Assembly: GCA_963815115.1 (NCBI GenBank)
Contig: CAWFFN010000009.1
Span: 288,001 to 352,000, forward strand
Reading direction: 5' to 3'
Length of the DNA: 64,000 nt
Source of the DNA: an uncultured delta proteobacterium
Lineage (GTDB): Bacteria; Desulfobacterota; Binatia; DP-6
Shown here: piece after piece, positions 22,682 to 32,842 of the stretch
Numbering within the stretch: position 1 is the first letter of the stretch
How the letters are laid out: every line of letters starts with the position of its first letter
The notes under the pieces: model-generated
Seen by the model: only the letters and a program-made list of their open reading frames with translations
Databases searched by the model: none
What the model was told of the DNA's origin: nothing
Made by a program: the position numbers and the translations under genes

Positions 22682-23770
22682 TCACCAGCCGGCCAGAACG
22701 GCCGCGCGCGCCCGGTGGTACTCTGCCGTCCCGAGATACGCGCGGTCGAACACCGCGCGCCGGAACCACAGATGGAGATCGTACTCCCACGTGAAGCCGA
22801 TCCCCCCGTGCAGCTCGGTGCAGATGCGAGCGGCGCGGTCGAAGAGATCCGTCAGGTGCGCCTTGGCGAGCGCCGCGTGCCGCTCGGCGCGGTCGGGGAT
22901 GTGATCCCAGGCATGCGCCGCGTACCACCAGAGCGAGAGCGCAGGCTCGACGTCGGTGACGACGTCGGCCAGCTGGTGCTTCACGGCCTGGAAGGCGCCA
23001 ATGGGCTGCCCGAACTGCTCGCGGGTCAGCACGTAGCGCGCAGTCATGTCGATGCAGCGGCGGGCGCCGCCGTAGGCGTCGGCCGCGAGCAGCACCAGGC
23101 CGGCATCGCGGGTGCGGTCGACGACCGCGCGGCCGGCGGCGATCTTCACCCCCGGCGTGCCGTCCAGCTTGACCGCCGCCACGCGGCGAGTCTCGTCCGT
23201 GCCCTGGAGGGCGCTGACCTCGAGGCCCGGGGCGCCGCGCTCCACCAGCCACAGGCCGGGTCCGCCCGCGTCCCGTGCTGCCACGACGAGGACGTCGGCG
23301 ACGTTCGCTGCCGGGGCGAGCGACTTCTGGCCGTGCAGCGTGCGGCCGTCGGCCCGTGTCGCCAGCTTCTCGGCGTCCCACTCGTCCTGCTCCTCGCCGA
23401 TCGCCACCGTGGCGATGACCTCACCGGAGGCGATGCCCGGCAGCCAGCGCCGATGCACCTCCGAATCGTCCGACGCGAGTAGCGCGACCGTCGCCATCGC
23501 GTTGCCGAGAAATGGCCCGGGGGTGCAGCCCCAGCCCAGCTCCTCCGCCGCCAGCGCCACGTCGAGCAGCTCGAGACCGGAGCCTCCGTGCGCCGGCGGA
23601 ACCTGCAGTCCGGCCACGCCGAGATCCGCGAGCCCGCGCCAGAGCGTCGCATCGTGACCGGTGTCGCTCTCCATCACGAGCCGGACCCGGCTCGTCGGGC
23701 ATTCGGCCTCGAGCCAGCGGCGGATCGTGTCCTTCAGCAGGACCTGATCCTGCGACAATCCGAAATCCAT
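22682..23770 (-). CDS. Acyl-CoA dehydrogenase (short partner subunit)
   Basis: REQFGQPIGAFQAVKH, LHGGIGFTWEYDLHL. Confidence 0.9.
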   Translation of the reverse strand: MDFGLSQDQVLLKDTIRRWLEAECPTSRVRLVMESDTGHDATLWRGLADLGVAGLQVPPAHGGSGLELLDVALAAEELGWGCTPGPFLGNAMATVALLASDDSEVHRRWLPGIASGEVIATVAIGEEQDEWDAEKLATRADGRTLHGQKSLAPAANVADVLVVAARDAGGPGLWLVERGAPGLEVSALQGTDETRRVAAVKLDGTPGVKIAAGRAVVDRTRDAGLVLLAADAYGGARRCIDMTARYVLTREQFGQPIGAFQAVKHQLADVVTDVEPALSLWWYAAHAWDHIPDRAERHAALAKAHLTDLFDRAARICTELHGGIGFTWEYDLHLWFRRAVFDRAYLGTAEYHRARAAVLAGW

Positions 23771-23776
23771 GACGAC

Positions 23777-24997
23777 CTACTTGCGCGCTTCGCGCGGCAG
23801 CCCGAGGCCGCGCTCGGCGATGATGTTGCGCTGGATGTTGGCGGCGCCGCCGGCGATCAGCACGCCCAGGGACCACATGTACGCCATGCCGAACATACCC
23901 ATCGCGGGAGCGTTCGGCTCGCCGGGGGCGAGCAGTGCGCGGTCGCCCACGACGTCCATGGCGAGCTTCGCGATGTCGTACCCGAGCTGCGTGCTGTAGA
24001 GCTTGGTCACCATGCCCGCGAGGCCCGCGTCCTCGCCGCGCGCGCTGGCGGTGAGAAGCCGGTAGCCGTTGAGCTCGAGGGCGACCAGCCGGGCCTCGAC
24101 CTGCACGAGGCGGTCGCGGATGACCGGGTCCTTCGCGGCCGGCTGGCCGCGCCGGTCCACCGCCTGCGCCAGCATGGCGAGGCCGTCGAACGTCCGGCGC
24201 TGCAGCGACGCGTTGCCGATCAGCGCGCGCTCGTGCTTCAGCGTGGAGCGGCTCACCACCCAGCCCTGTCCGCGCCGGCCCACGATGTTCTGCGCGGGCA
24301 CGCGCACGGCATCGAAGAACACCTCGCTGAAGTCCGCGTCGCCCGTCATCTGACGCAGCGGCCGCACGTCGATGCCGGGAGTCCGCATGTCGATCAGGAG
24401 GTAGCTGATCCCGTCGTGCTTCGGAGCGTCGGGCTCGGTTCGCACGAGCGCGAACATCCAGTCGGCCTCGCGCGCGTTCGACGTCCAGATCTTCTGCCCG
24501 TTCACCACCCAGGTGTCGCCGTCGAGAACCGCTTTCGTGCGCAGCGACGCGAGGTCGCTGCCGGCCCCCGGCTCGCTGTAGCCCTGGCACCACTTGATCT
24601 TGCCGAGCAGCGTGGCCTCGATGAAGAATTGCTTCTGCGCCTCGGTGCCGTGCTCGATCAGGGTGGGCACGAGCATGCTGGGACCCTGTCCCATGATCTC
24701 GAAGGGTGCCCGCGCTCTCCTGAACTCCTCGCCGACGATGGTGGCCTTCAGCGGGTCGGCCGGCTGCTCCGCGCCGCCGTACTGTCGCGGCACGTGACGG
24801 TAGAGGTAGCCTCGCTCGATGGCCGCTCGGCGGAATGCCGTCGCGCGCTCGTCGGTGCGGACCTGCGCGCCGGTCATGGCGGCGACGCTGTCGAGGTCCG
24901 TGCTGGATGCGGCGTCGTCCGCCGTCCAGTGGGCGGCGAGGAAGGCGCGGACCTCCTCGCGGAACCGCTCGTATTCGGCGCTGTAGCTGAGATTCAC
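23777..24997 (-). CDS. Acyl-CoA dehydrogenase
   Basis: WCQGYSEPGAGSDLASL, NGQKIWTS, IAGGAANIQRNIIAERGLGLP. Confidence 0.92.
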   Translation of the reverse strand: MNLSYSAEYERFREEVRAFLAAHWTADDAASSTDLDSVAAMTGAQVRTDERATAFRRAAIERGYLYRHVPRQYGGAEQPADPLKATIVGEEFRRARAPFEIMGQGPSMLVPTLIEHGTEAQKQFFIEATLLGKIKWCQGYSEPGAGSDLASLRTKAVLDGDTWVVNGQKIWTSNAREADWMFALVRTEPDAPKHDGISYLLIDMRTPGIDVRPLRQMTGDADFSEVFFDAVRVPAQNIVGRRGQGWVVSRSTLKHERALIGNASLQRRTFDGLAMLAQAVDRRGQPAAKDPVIRDRLVQVEARLVALELNGYRLLTASARGEDAGLAGMVTKLYSTQLGYDIAKLAMDVVGDRALLAPGEPNAPAMGMFGMAYMWSLGVLIAGGAANIQRNIIAERGLGLPREARK

Positions 24998-25234
24998 GGG
25001 TCGCTCCTTGGCGGGTTCGCGATCGAATCGAAATGATTAGCAGGGCCGCAGCGCCGATCACAAGTCACGCGCTTGACGCGGGAGCGGACCGCCGCATAAG
25101 CCAGGTGCGGCATGCGCCTCCACTGCTTCGACCTCGCGCATCTCCGGTTCCGGAAACCCCCGCGACTGGCCAGGGCACCCATCAGCGTGCACGCGGCACA
25201 GGGTTGCTCGGTCGAGCTCGGCGGGTCGTGACGC

Positions 25235-25552
25235 GTGCAGGTCGGCCGGCTCGGAACGCTCGCCCTCGTGCTGCTGCTGACGAGCTGCGGCCTCTTTCGT
25301 CACGGTCAGAGCCCGTTGGTCGGGGGGCCGATCAACCTGAACACCGCATCGCTACAGGAGATCGAGACGCTTCCGGGCGTCACGCCGTCCATGGCGAAGC
25401 GCATCCTCGACGGGCGGCCGTACGGCGACATCGACGACCTGGTCGATCGGAAGATCCTGAGCCACCGCGAGCTCGAGCGCATCAAGAAGAAGGTGACGGT
25501 GGGGGAAGCCGCCCGGAAGAAGGCCGGCGAGCAGCCCGGATCCGGCCGCTGA
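25235..25552 (+). CDS. ComEA-like helix-hairpin-helix lipoprotein
   Basis: LLLTSC lipobox; INLNTAS...LPGVTPSMAKRI. Confidence 0.8.
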   Translation: MQVGRLGTLALVLLLTSCGLFRHGQSPLVGGPINLNTASLQEIETLPGVTPSMAKRILDGRPYGDIDDLVDRKILSHRELERIKKKVTVGEAARKKAGEQPGSGR

Positions 25553-25568
25553 CCGAGCGAGGGCCCCG

Positions 25569-26936
25569 ATGCCTGACAACCCAGCCGTCGATCTCGGTAT
25601 GCTCCTCCCGATGTGGAGCGCGCTCCCGTTCGCCGGGATGCTGCTCTCGATCGCGACCCTCCCGCTGCTCGCACCCGAGTTCTGGCATCACCATTACCCC
25701 AAGGTGTCGGCAGCGTGGGCGCTCGCCTTCGCGCTGCCGTTCGTGCTCCGCTTCGGCGGCGCCGCATGGCACGAGCTGCTGCACGTCGCCGTCATCGACT
25801 ACATTCCCTTCGTGATCCTCATCGCCAGCCTGTTCACGATCGGGGGCGGTATCCACGTGGGCGGATCACTGCGCGGCTCGCCGGGGGTCAACGCCCTGAT
25901 CATGCTCGCGGGCGTCTTCCTCGCGTCGTGGGTCGGCACCACCGGCGCAGCCATGGTGACGATCCGGCCACTGCTGCGGGCCAACCGCGCCCGGCGCTAT
26001 CGCGCACATACCGTCGTGTTCTTCATCTTCCTGGTGGCCAACATCGGCGGCGCCCTGACGCCGCTGGGCGATCCCCCGCTCTTCCTGGGATTCCTCCACG
26101 GCGTGCCGTTCTTCTGGACGTTCTCGCTCTGGGAGGAGATGGTCTTCGTCGCCGGCATCGTGCTCGCGATCTACCTGCTCGTCGACGTGACGTGCTGGCG
26201 CCGCGAGGACCCCGGCGTGCGCGCGCCGCTCACGAGCCCGCGCGATCCCTTGCGTGTCGAGGGTGCGCACAACCTCCTGCTGCTCGCGGGCGTACTCGCC
26301 GGTGTCATCGCCTCGGGCATCTGGCCGGGGCCCGAGATCGACCTGCTGGGCATCCACCAGCGCGTCGGCAATCTCGTCCGCGACGCCATGCTGCTCGCGA
26401 TGCTCGCCCTGTCGTGGCGCACGACGTCCGCCGGCGTGCGCGAGGCGAACGAGTACTCGTGGAGTCCAATCCGCGAGGTCGCCATCCTGTTCGCGGGCAT
26501 CTTCGTCACCATCATCCCCGCGCTGGCGATGCTGCGGGTCGGGGAGCAGGGTGCCATGGCCGGAGTCGTCGGGGCGGTCCAGAAGCCGGTGCACTTCTTC
26601 TGGGCGAGCGGGGCGCTGTCGTCCTTCCTGGACAACGCCCCGACGTATCTCGCCTTTCTCTCGACGGCGCTCGGGCGCCTCTTCCCCGGCGTGCCCGAGC
26701 ACGTGGCGGTGGCCCGGCTCATCGCGGAGCATCCGGCGTACCTGAGCGGCGTCTCCACCGGATCGGTCTTCATGGGAGCGAACACCTACATCGGCAACGC
26801 CCCCAACTTCATGGTGAAGTCGATCGCCGAGGAGAGCGGGGTGCCGATGCCGTCGTTCTTCGGCTACATTCTCCGCTACAGCCTGCCGGTCCTGATCCCG
26901 ACCTTCGCCCTTGCCGGCTGGCTGTTCCTCACCTGA
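25569..26936 (+). CDS. Sodium:proton antiporter (IT superfamily)
   Basis: GTTGAAM, ANIGGALTPLGDPPLFLGF, SSFLDNAPTY, GANTYIGNAPNFMVK. Confidence 0.85.
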   Translation: MPDNPAVDLGMLLPMWSALPFAGMLLSIATLPLLAPEFWHHHYPKVSAAWALAFALPFVLRFGGAAWHELLHVAVIDYIPFVILIASLFTIGGGIHVGGSLRGSPGVNALIMLAGVFLASWVGTTGAAMVTIRPLLRANRARRYRAHTVVFFIFLVANIGGALTPLGDPPLFLGFLHGVPFFWTFSLWEEMVFVAGIVLAIYLLVDVTCWRREDPGVRAPLTSPRDPLRVEGAHNLLLLAGVLAGVIASGIWPGPEIDLLGIHQRVGNLVRDAMLLAMLALSWRTTSAGVREANEYSWSPIREVAILFAGIFVTIIPALAMLRVGEQGAMAGVVGAVQKPVHFFWASGALSSFLDNAPTYLAFLSTALGRLFPGVPEHVAVARLIAEHPAYLSGVSTGSVFMGANTYIGNAPNFMVKSIAEESGVPMPSFFGYILRYSLPVLIPTFALAGWLFLT

Positions 26937-26956
26937 GGAATCCGAGGAGCAGGAAC

Positions 26957-27544
26957 ATGGCCGACCGGCATGCCATCGTCGTCGACGGTCCGGATACCGC
27001 CTTGCGCGCCTTCGCGGCGGGCTTTCTCGCCGGGCGCGGCGAGCCGCGCGAGGCAGTGCTCCACGGTCCGGACCTGCCCCTGGAGCCAGGCTCGTTCGGC
27101 GACCGCCTCAGCGCGCTCCTGCGCGGCGGCCGGCACGAGATTCTCCTGGTCGACGCGCGCCTCGGCGAGGCCCTCACCTCGGCGCTCGCGCGACACGCGG
27201 ACGAGCTCGGCATCCGGGTGACCGAGCACGTTGCCGTCGCCGCGGTGTCGTTCGAGTTCAGCGCCGAGACCCCGTCACGCGAAGCTGCTGCGCGCATCGA
27301 CGCGGAGCTCGCGAATCTTCCCGCAGGCGTCACCCTGATCGACCAGGAGCGTGAGGAGATCGATCCCGGCGCCCGCGGCGTCGAGCTGTACGCTCCCGCG
27401 CACGACTACCAGTTCCGCGCCGAGGGTCGGGCCAGCGGCGCGCTCGATGGCGTGCTCGCGCTGCACCGCCGGCTGACGGAGACGGACTTCGTCACCGTGG
27501 AGCCGCTGCATCTCGTCGAAACGCCCATCAGCTCCGGAAGGTGA
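26957..27544 (+). CDS. Hypothetical protein
   Basis: RBS + ATG 26957, host-like codon use, follows the antiporter. Confidence 0.65.
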   Translation: MADRHAIVVDGPDTALRAFAAGFLAGRGEPREAVLHGPDLPLEPGSFGDRLSALLRGGRHEILLVDARLGEALTSALARHADELGIRVTEHVAVAAVSFEFSAETPSREAAARIDAELANLPAGVTLIDQEREEIDPGARGVELYAPAHDYQFRAEGRASGALDGVLALHRRLTETDFVTVEPLHLVETPISSGR

Positions 27545-27620
27545 GTCGGCGCCGTCCAACCTTGCCTCTTGTGCCCCTCTGGAGTAGGGCACGAGCAGCC
27601 CCGCACAACGGAGGTCCCGC

Positions 27621-27842
27621 ATGCCGCGTCAGAAGAGCATCATCACGATCATCCGCGACCTGGTGCGAACGGAGATCCGCAAGGCGCTCTCCGGTCTCTT
27701 CGGGGGCCTCGGCGTCACTTCCGGCGCGAAGCCGCAGCGCCGCCGTCGCCGTCGCAAGCGCAAGGCTGCACCGGCTGGAGCGAAGCGCCGTGGGCGGCCG
27801 CCTGGCCGGAAGCGCAGGGTCGGCGCGCAGTCCGCGACCTGA
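27621..27842 (+). CDS. Small highly basic protein with AT-hook-like RGRP motif
   Basis: GGAGG RBS; N-terminal amphipathic helix, RRRRRRKRK, KRRGRPPGRK. Confidence 0.7.
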   Translation: MPRQKSIITIIRDLVRTEIRKALSGLFGGLGVTSGAKPQRRRRRRKRKAAPAGAKRRGRPPGRKRRVGAQSAT

Positions 27843-27889
27843 CCGCTCCGATTCCCGGCGCGGCCCGCGGCCGCCGCGCCGGTCCCCGC

Positions 27890-28948
27890 ATGCGTGTGGC
27901 GCTCGGCCTCGGCGCCGTCCAGCTCGCCGTCACCCTCGGCTGGATGGCGTATGCGTACTTCCAGCGCCGCATCCTCGATGACAACGGGCTGGCGCGGTTC
28001 GACACGCTCCTCGCCGCCTACATCGCGGCCGCTGGAGGGATGCTGGGACCGCTCGCCGGTGGGCTCGCCGATCTCACCCTGCGGCGGGTAGGCAGTCGTT
28101 TTCCGGTGATCGTCGCGGGCGGTCTCCTGGCAGGCGTTCTGTTCGTCGCCGTCGCGCTCGCGATCGGGCCGGAGGCCCCCGGCCCGCTGCGCTCGGCGAT
28201 CCCGCTCCTGATCGCGTTGTGGGTCGCCGCCATGACGGTGCTGCAGGCGCCCTCGCTGGCGCTGGTCGACGACGTCGCAGAATCCGAGCTGCTGCCCGTC
28301 ACGGTCGCCCCGATGGTCGTCGCGACCACCCTTCCGCTCGCTCTCTGGCCCTGGGTGCGGCGCGTGCTCGACCGCGCGGGCGGACAACTGGCGTTCGTGC
28401 TGGGTGGCGTGACGGTCGTGGCGGCGACGCTGCTCGTGCGGCGATGGGTACCGCGCCCGGCGACGCCCGCGGCTGCGACGGCCGGCAGCGGCTCGCCGGG
28501 CGTCACCTATGCTCGCGCGTTCGCGCTCGGCGTCAGCTCGGCCTTCGTGGCCCTGCTCGCCGTGCGGCTCGTGCCCGTCACGCTCGCGGCGCGTCTGGAA
28601 CGGGTCGATCCGTCGTTGTTCTCCGGCATCGCCTTCGCCGCCAGCGGCGTCCTCGCCCTACCGCTCGGCCGGGCGGCGGTCACCGTGGGCCGCACGCGCG
28701 CGCTGCTCGCGAGCTTCGTGCTCGCGGCCGCCTGCGCCCTGTGGGCGCGCGTCGTGTCGGGCGGCGCCAGCGTCGCCGTGCTGATGCTCGTCCTCGGCGC
28801 CGCCCTCGGACTCCATCTCGACTGCGCGCTGCCGGTCGCTTTCGGCGCCGGCTCCGGCCCGCGTGCCGGCCTGTGCGCCGGGCTCTACCTGGGCGGCGTC
28901 ATGGCGGGGAGCGGGGCCGCCCTGCTCCTGGTGTCCGGGCGGATCTAG
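27890..28948 (+). CDS. MFS-like membrane protein
   Basis: Many hydrophobic segments; PLAGGLAD...SRFP resembles MFS motif A. Confidence 0.65.
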   Translation: MRVALGLGAVQLAVTLGWMAYAYFQRRILDDNGLARFDTLLAAYIAAAGGMLGPLAGGLADLTLRRVGSRFPVIVAGGLLAGVLFVAVALAIGPEAPGPLRSAIPLLIALWVAAMTVLQAPSLALVDDVAESELLPVTVAPMVVATTLPLALWPWVRRVLDRAGGQLAFVLGGVTVVAATLLVRRWVPRPATPAAATAGSGSPGVTYARAFALGVSSAFVALLAVRLVPVTLAARLERVDPSLFSGIAFAASGVLALPLGRAAVTVGRTRALLASFVLAAACALWARVVSGGASVAVLMLVLGAALGLHLDCALPVAFGAGSGPRAGLCAGLYLGGVMAGSGAALLLVSGRI

Positions 28949-29349
28949 CGTCCCGTCTCGATCACCGCGCGGCGCCGGCGCAGCAGCCAGCGCCCGTCGC
29001 GCTTCACGACCTCGTCCTCGTAGCGTCCCGTGATCTGCATCAGCCCCGCTGGGCCGGACCCGGTGAGCGCCAGCACGTAGCAGAACACGTCGGCGCGCTC
29101 GGCCTCGGCACGCTCGACGATGACGTTGGTCACCAGGTGCCGCATGAACAGACCGGTGCCGCCGATCATGCCGCCGAGGCGCCGGACGCCGTCGTGGCCC
29201 TCGTGCGTGCCCATCAGCTCGCCGAAGTCGACGATGCAATCCGGCGTGAAGAGCGAGGGAAACTCGTCCCACAGGCCGTAATCGATCACCCGGCAGTAGC
29301 GGGCGAGCAGCTCGTGGATGGCGAGGCGATCGTCGGCGGAGAGGCTCAT
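28945..29349 (-). CDS. SnoaL/NTF2-like protein
   Basis: DRLAIHELLARYCRVID...LFTPD...GRYEDEVVKRDGRW. Confidence 0.85.
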   Translation of the reverse strand: MSLSADDRLAIHELLARYCRVIDYGLWDEFPSLFTPDCIVDFGELMGTHEGHDGVRRLGGMIGGTGLFMRHLVTNVIVERAEAERADVFCYVLALTGSGPAGLMQITGRYEDEVVKRDGRWLLRRRRAVIETGR

Positions 29350-29468
29350 GGGGCGTTTCCCTACCGCAGCGCGAAACGGCGGCGCAAGCATCGCGCAGCG
29401 TGCGGAGAGGACTTCGCCCCGCGCGCAAAGACCGGCGGAGCTCGGCTGAAGCGTCCAGCTCAGGGTTC

Positions 29469-29492
29469 TGGCGTTTATGGCGTCAATGGCGT
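29469..29492 (+). promoter_or_regulatory. Candidate TA operator
   Basis: TGGCGT x3 with 9-bp period just upstream of the antitoxin ATG. Confidence 0.45.
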
Positions 29493-29503
29493 ATCACCGA
29501 AAA

Positions 29504-29854
29504 ATGAAGCAGGTGAGTCTGGCCCAGGCCCGCGATCGGTTGTCCGTGCTCGTCAACGACGCAGCCCACGGTGGCCAGCGGATCGTGCTGGCCTCCCGGG
29601 GTCGTCCCAAGGCGGCATTGATCGGCATGGAGGACCTGGCACGGCTCGAGCGGGCCGAGACCGGGACGACCACCATCGAGCGCGAGATGCTGCGCTGGAT
29701 CGAGCGGGTCGAGGACGCACAGCGCCGTTGGCCACCGGCGGCGAGGTCTTCGACCCAGGCGCTGCGGGAGGTGCGGGAGGCGAAGCATGCGGGGAGGAAT
29801 GGTGTGCGTCGACGCGAGCCTCGCGCTCAAGCTGCTCGTCGTCGAGGGCGATAG
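29504..29854 (+). CDS. Phd/YefM antitoxin
   Basis: MKQVSLAQARDRLSVLV...IVLASRGRPKAALI. Confidence 0.85.
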   Translation: MKQVSLAQARDRLSVLVNDAAHGGQRIVLASRGRPKAALIGMEDLARLERAETGTTTIEREMLRWIERVEDAQRRWPPAARSSTQALREVREAKHAGRNGVRRREPRAQAARRRGR

Positions 29855-30227
29855 CGCACGAGCGAGATCGCTCTGGCGCTCGTGGATCGGCGAAGGCATC
29901 GAGGTGGTCGCGCCGGGCCTGTTCGTCTTCGAGTGCGCGGCGGCCCTCCGTCGGATGCTCGTTCGACACGATCTCCGAGAGGGCCAGGCCCGAACTGCGC
30001 TCGACCTGCTCCTCGGCATGCCCGTGGCACTTCGAGCGCCGGAAGGACTGGTCGAGCGCGCCTGGGACCTCGCGAAGGACCTTGCCCGCCCGACCGCGTA
30101 CGATTGCTTCTACCTCGCAGTGGCCGAGCTCCTCGAGATCGAGTGCTGGACGGCCGATCGTCGCCTCTTCAATGCTGTTCAGCCGAAGAAGCCTTGGCTG
30201 CGCCATCTCGACGAGCACGGAGCATAG
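29787..30227 (+). CDS. vapC: VapC PIN-domain toxin
   Basis: CVDASLALK, FE, AYDCFYLAVAE, WTADRRL. Confidence 0.88.
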   Translation: MRGGMVCVDASLALKLLVVEGDSARARSLWRSWIGEGIEVVAPGLFVFECAAALRRMLVRHDLREGQARTALDLLLGMPVALRAPEGLVERAWDLAKDLARPTAYDCFYLAVAELLEIECWTADRRLFNAVQPKKPWLRHLDEHGA

Positions 30228-30309
30228 GAACTTCGAACGGGGTATCGTGAAGGTTGACCGAACGCCCCATCCCGGACCTTCGCCGCATTTTCGCCCGCTC
30301 CGTAACAAG
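30220..30309 (-). repeat. Junction element copy 1 (oriIS-like end + 50-bp core)
   Basis: 30260-30309 identical to 54006-54055; minus strand GTTCGAAGTTCCTATGC at 30222-30238. Confidence 0.85.
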
Positions 30310-30551
30310 GCCTCCCGACCCGCCGCATGCTCGACAGTTGCTCGTCAGACAGCTCGGTGGCGGAGGCCCCGCTCCGTCGGCCGCTTGCAAATGCAAGTCG
30401 GGGTCGTGGGGCCTTGAGCTCACCCGCCATCATCGCGGGCAGGGGCGCGGCTTCTCACCGCCATCTCTGTTCACGTTGACATCGCGACCTGGGCCGTGCT
30501 CTAGTTGTACTCCAAGATATCCTAGGTAGGTGTCGAGCCAGGGGGAAAACT

Positions 30552-32513
30552 ATGACCTCATGCGGAAAGTCGATCGTGGGCTCGCAGCGAACGGTGTTCA
30601 TCGCCCTTTCTGCTATCGGTTGGGGCCTGGCATGCTTGGGGGGTTCAGCTGTCGGTGCAGCTACCTTCACCTTCACCAAGATCGCGGACACCTCGACTCG
30701 TGCCCCGGGGTTCGACCCGCCTCTAAACCTCTACGGATTCTCGGAACCCGCTCTGGACGGCGACAACGTGGTTTTCGGGGCGATTCCGAATAGAGGAGGG
30801 TGGTACGGCATCTTCTTGCACGATGGAGCTGACCTGCGTGCTGTCGCCAAGGGGGGAGATTCCGGTCTCCCTGGAGCGGGCGAGATATTGGCATTCTTGC
30901 GTCCCTCGATCTCTGGGGATGCCGTGGCGGTCTCCTATGAGAGGTCCGCCAATGGTGGTGGCGTGCTGCGGTGTGAGAATGGCACTTGCGAAGTGATCGT
31001 CTCGTCGGAGACGCCCGCTGTTGGGTTCTTCATCTACCCGCCGAGTCTGAGCGGCCACAAGGTCGCGTTCTACTCCCAACCAGCCGGCGTGCCGGGCCCC
31101 AGTACCCGGCTGCTCGTCGCCGGGCCGGGCGGGGTTGTCAAGGTCGCCGATCAGGACACGGATCTCCCCGGGGTCATCGGCAAGTTCAGGGGTTACTTCG
31201 ACGGGGTCGATAGCTGGCCAATGCTGGTCGGGGATGACGTTTGCTTCACCTCCGCGACGTCCTTGGACTACATGGGCGTCTTCCTGTTCCAAGGCGGCGT
31301 GTTTCGCACGATCGTGGACAATCGCCCCCCCGCCCTACTACCCGACGGCTACACCTTGAACTTTGTGGAGAACATCGCGTTCGACGGCACAGCCGTGCTG
31401 ATCAACACCAGTCTCAGCGGCATCTACATTGATCGCGGCAGCGGCCTGGTGACCGAGCAGTCGGTGGCCGAGCCAGTCTCCGGTGTCCCGAGTTCGCAAT
31501 GGTTCGCCTTCAGTGGTGCCGCATTCTCGGGTGGGCACGTTGCCTTCGTAGGGGTGTTCTACGATACGAACACTGGACAGTTTCACACGGGCCTCTTCTC
31601 GAACATCGATGGCAGCTATCGTCCCCTGCTCTTGGATGGCGACACGCTCGACGGCAAGACACTGCTGTCCACTAGCGAGCTTCATCCAGTAACTTTCGGG
31701 ATCGGGCGACAGGGGGTGCGAGGCAACGACATCGCGTTCGTTGCGTACTTCGATGATGGCTCCGGGGGTTACACTGAAGGTGTCTATGTTGCGCACGCAT
31801 TGACGACAACAACGACCACGACGACAACCAGCACATCGACCTCGACGACGTCTTCTACCTCCAGTACAACGTCGACCACGACGACGACGGTCCCTGAGAG
31901 AGCCCCCCAGGCCAAGTGTCTGGTTGGCAAGAACAAGTGCATGGCGACGAAGGCTAACGCCCTCCTCAAGTGCGAGCAGAAGGCCGAGTCACCTGGAAGG
32001 CCAGCGGATCCGAACAGTGATGGGTGCGTCGACGGGGCGAAGGCAAAGTTCGCGGGCGACGGCGATCCGTCGAAGGGTTGTTTCAGGAAGCTCGAAGCCA
32101 AGAAGAACAACGACTGCATCACGTTCGGTGACACCGCGCCCGCCGAGCTGCTCGTTGATGATTGTATTGGTGCGCTGGTCGCCGCCATCGATCCGCCTCC
32201 GCTCGAACAGACGAAGTGTGGCGTCGGCAAGAAGCAGTGCGTCGCTGTGAAGCTGAAGAGCCTTCTCAGCTGCTACCAGAAGGCACAGACACCGGGGAAG
32301 GTGGTTGAGCCGGAGCTGAGCCAATGCCTCGCGAAGGCGATGGCCAAGTTCGATGGTGGCCCCGATCCTGCGCGGGGCTGCTTTGCCAAGCTCGAAGCCA
32401 AGCGCCGGAAGGACTGTCGGCCTCCTCTCGGGAACACGATGGCTGTCGAGACCATTGTCGACTCGTGCGCGAGCACGTTCATGGCGCTGCTTCAGGACAC
32501 GATGGTGCCCTGA
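30552..32513 (+). CDS. Secreted protein: beta-propeller-like repeats, Thr/Ser linker, duplicated Cys-rich C-terminal domain
   Basis: Signal peptide, FTKIADT, repeated PS(I/L)SGxxVAF units, poly-Thr, two KC..GK..C..K...LL.C.QKA...GCF.KLEAK units; lower GC than core. Confidence 0.8.
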   Translation: MTSCGKSIVGSQRTVFIALSAIGWGLACLGGSAVGAATFTFTKIADTSTRAPGFDPPLNLYGFSEPALDGDNVVFGAIPNRGGWYGIFLHDGADLRAVAKGGDSGLPGAGEILAFLRPSISGDAVAVSYERSANGGGVLRCENGTCEVIVSSETPAVGFFIYPPSLSGHKVAFYSQPAGVPGPSTRLLVAGPGGVVKVADQDTDLPGVIGKFRGYFDGVDSWPMLVGDDVCFTSATSLDYMGVFLFQGGVFRTIVDNRPPALLPDGYTLNFVENIAFDGTAVLINTSLSGIYIDRGSGLVTEQSVAEPVSGVPSSQWFAFSGAAFSGGHVAFVGVFYDTNTGQFHTGLFSNIDGSYRPLLLDGDTLDGKTLLSTSELHPVTFGIGRQGVRGNDIAFVAYFDDGSGGYTEGVYVAHALTTTTTTTTTSTSTSTTSSTSSTTSTTTTTVPERAPQAKCLVGKNKCMATKANALLKCEQKAESPGRPADPNSDGCVDGAKAKFAGDGDPSKGCFRKLEAKKNNDCITFGDTAPAELLVDDCIGALVAAIDPPPLEQTKCGVGKKQCVAVKLKSLLSCYQKAQTPGKVVEPELSQCLAKAMAKFDGGPDPARGCFAKLEAKRRKDCRPPLGNTMAVETIVDSCASTFMALLQDTMVP

Positions 32514-32842
32514 CATGGGTCACGCTGCCCAGCGAGAAATCGCCGTTGGGGACCAGGTTCGCGGCCTGAGCGACCCCGGCCAGAGAGTGCCCACCGTGGT
32601 GAACATCTTCCGACTGAATCCACGGCGGACGATACGACCGAGCCGCGAGAAGCTCAGCAGAGGGTATCGATCCCATTGTTCATCTGGAACCTCCTTGCTT
32701 CACCGCTGTGCCCAAAGATGAGCTGACCAATGCCAGCTGTAGATAGGGGAGGGGCACTCATGGCGCGTGCCGTGCCGGCACCTCCACGCCCCCGTTCATA
32801 GCATTGAACGGGGAGACCGGGGTGGTACGGCACGAGCTCTCT

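Noticed and set aside
32735-32842. Minus-strand sequence loosely resembling a group II intron domain VI end
   Set aside because: No recognisable domain V and no reverse transcriptase nearby.
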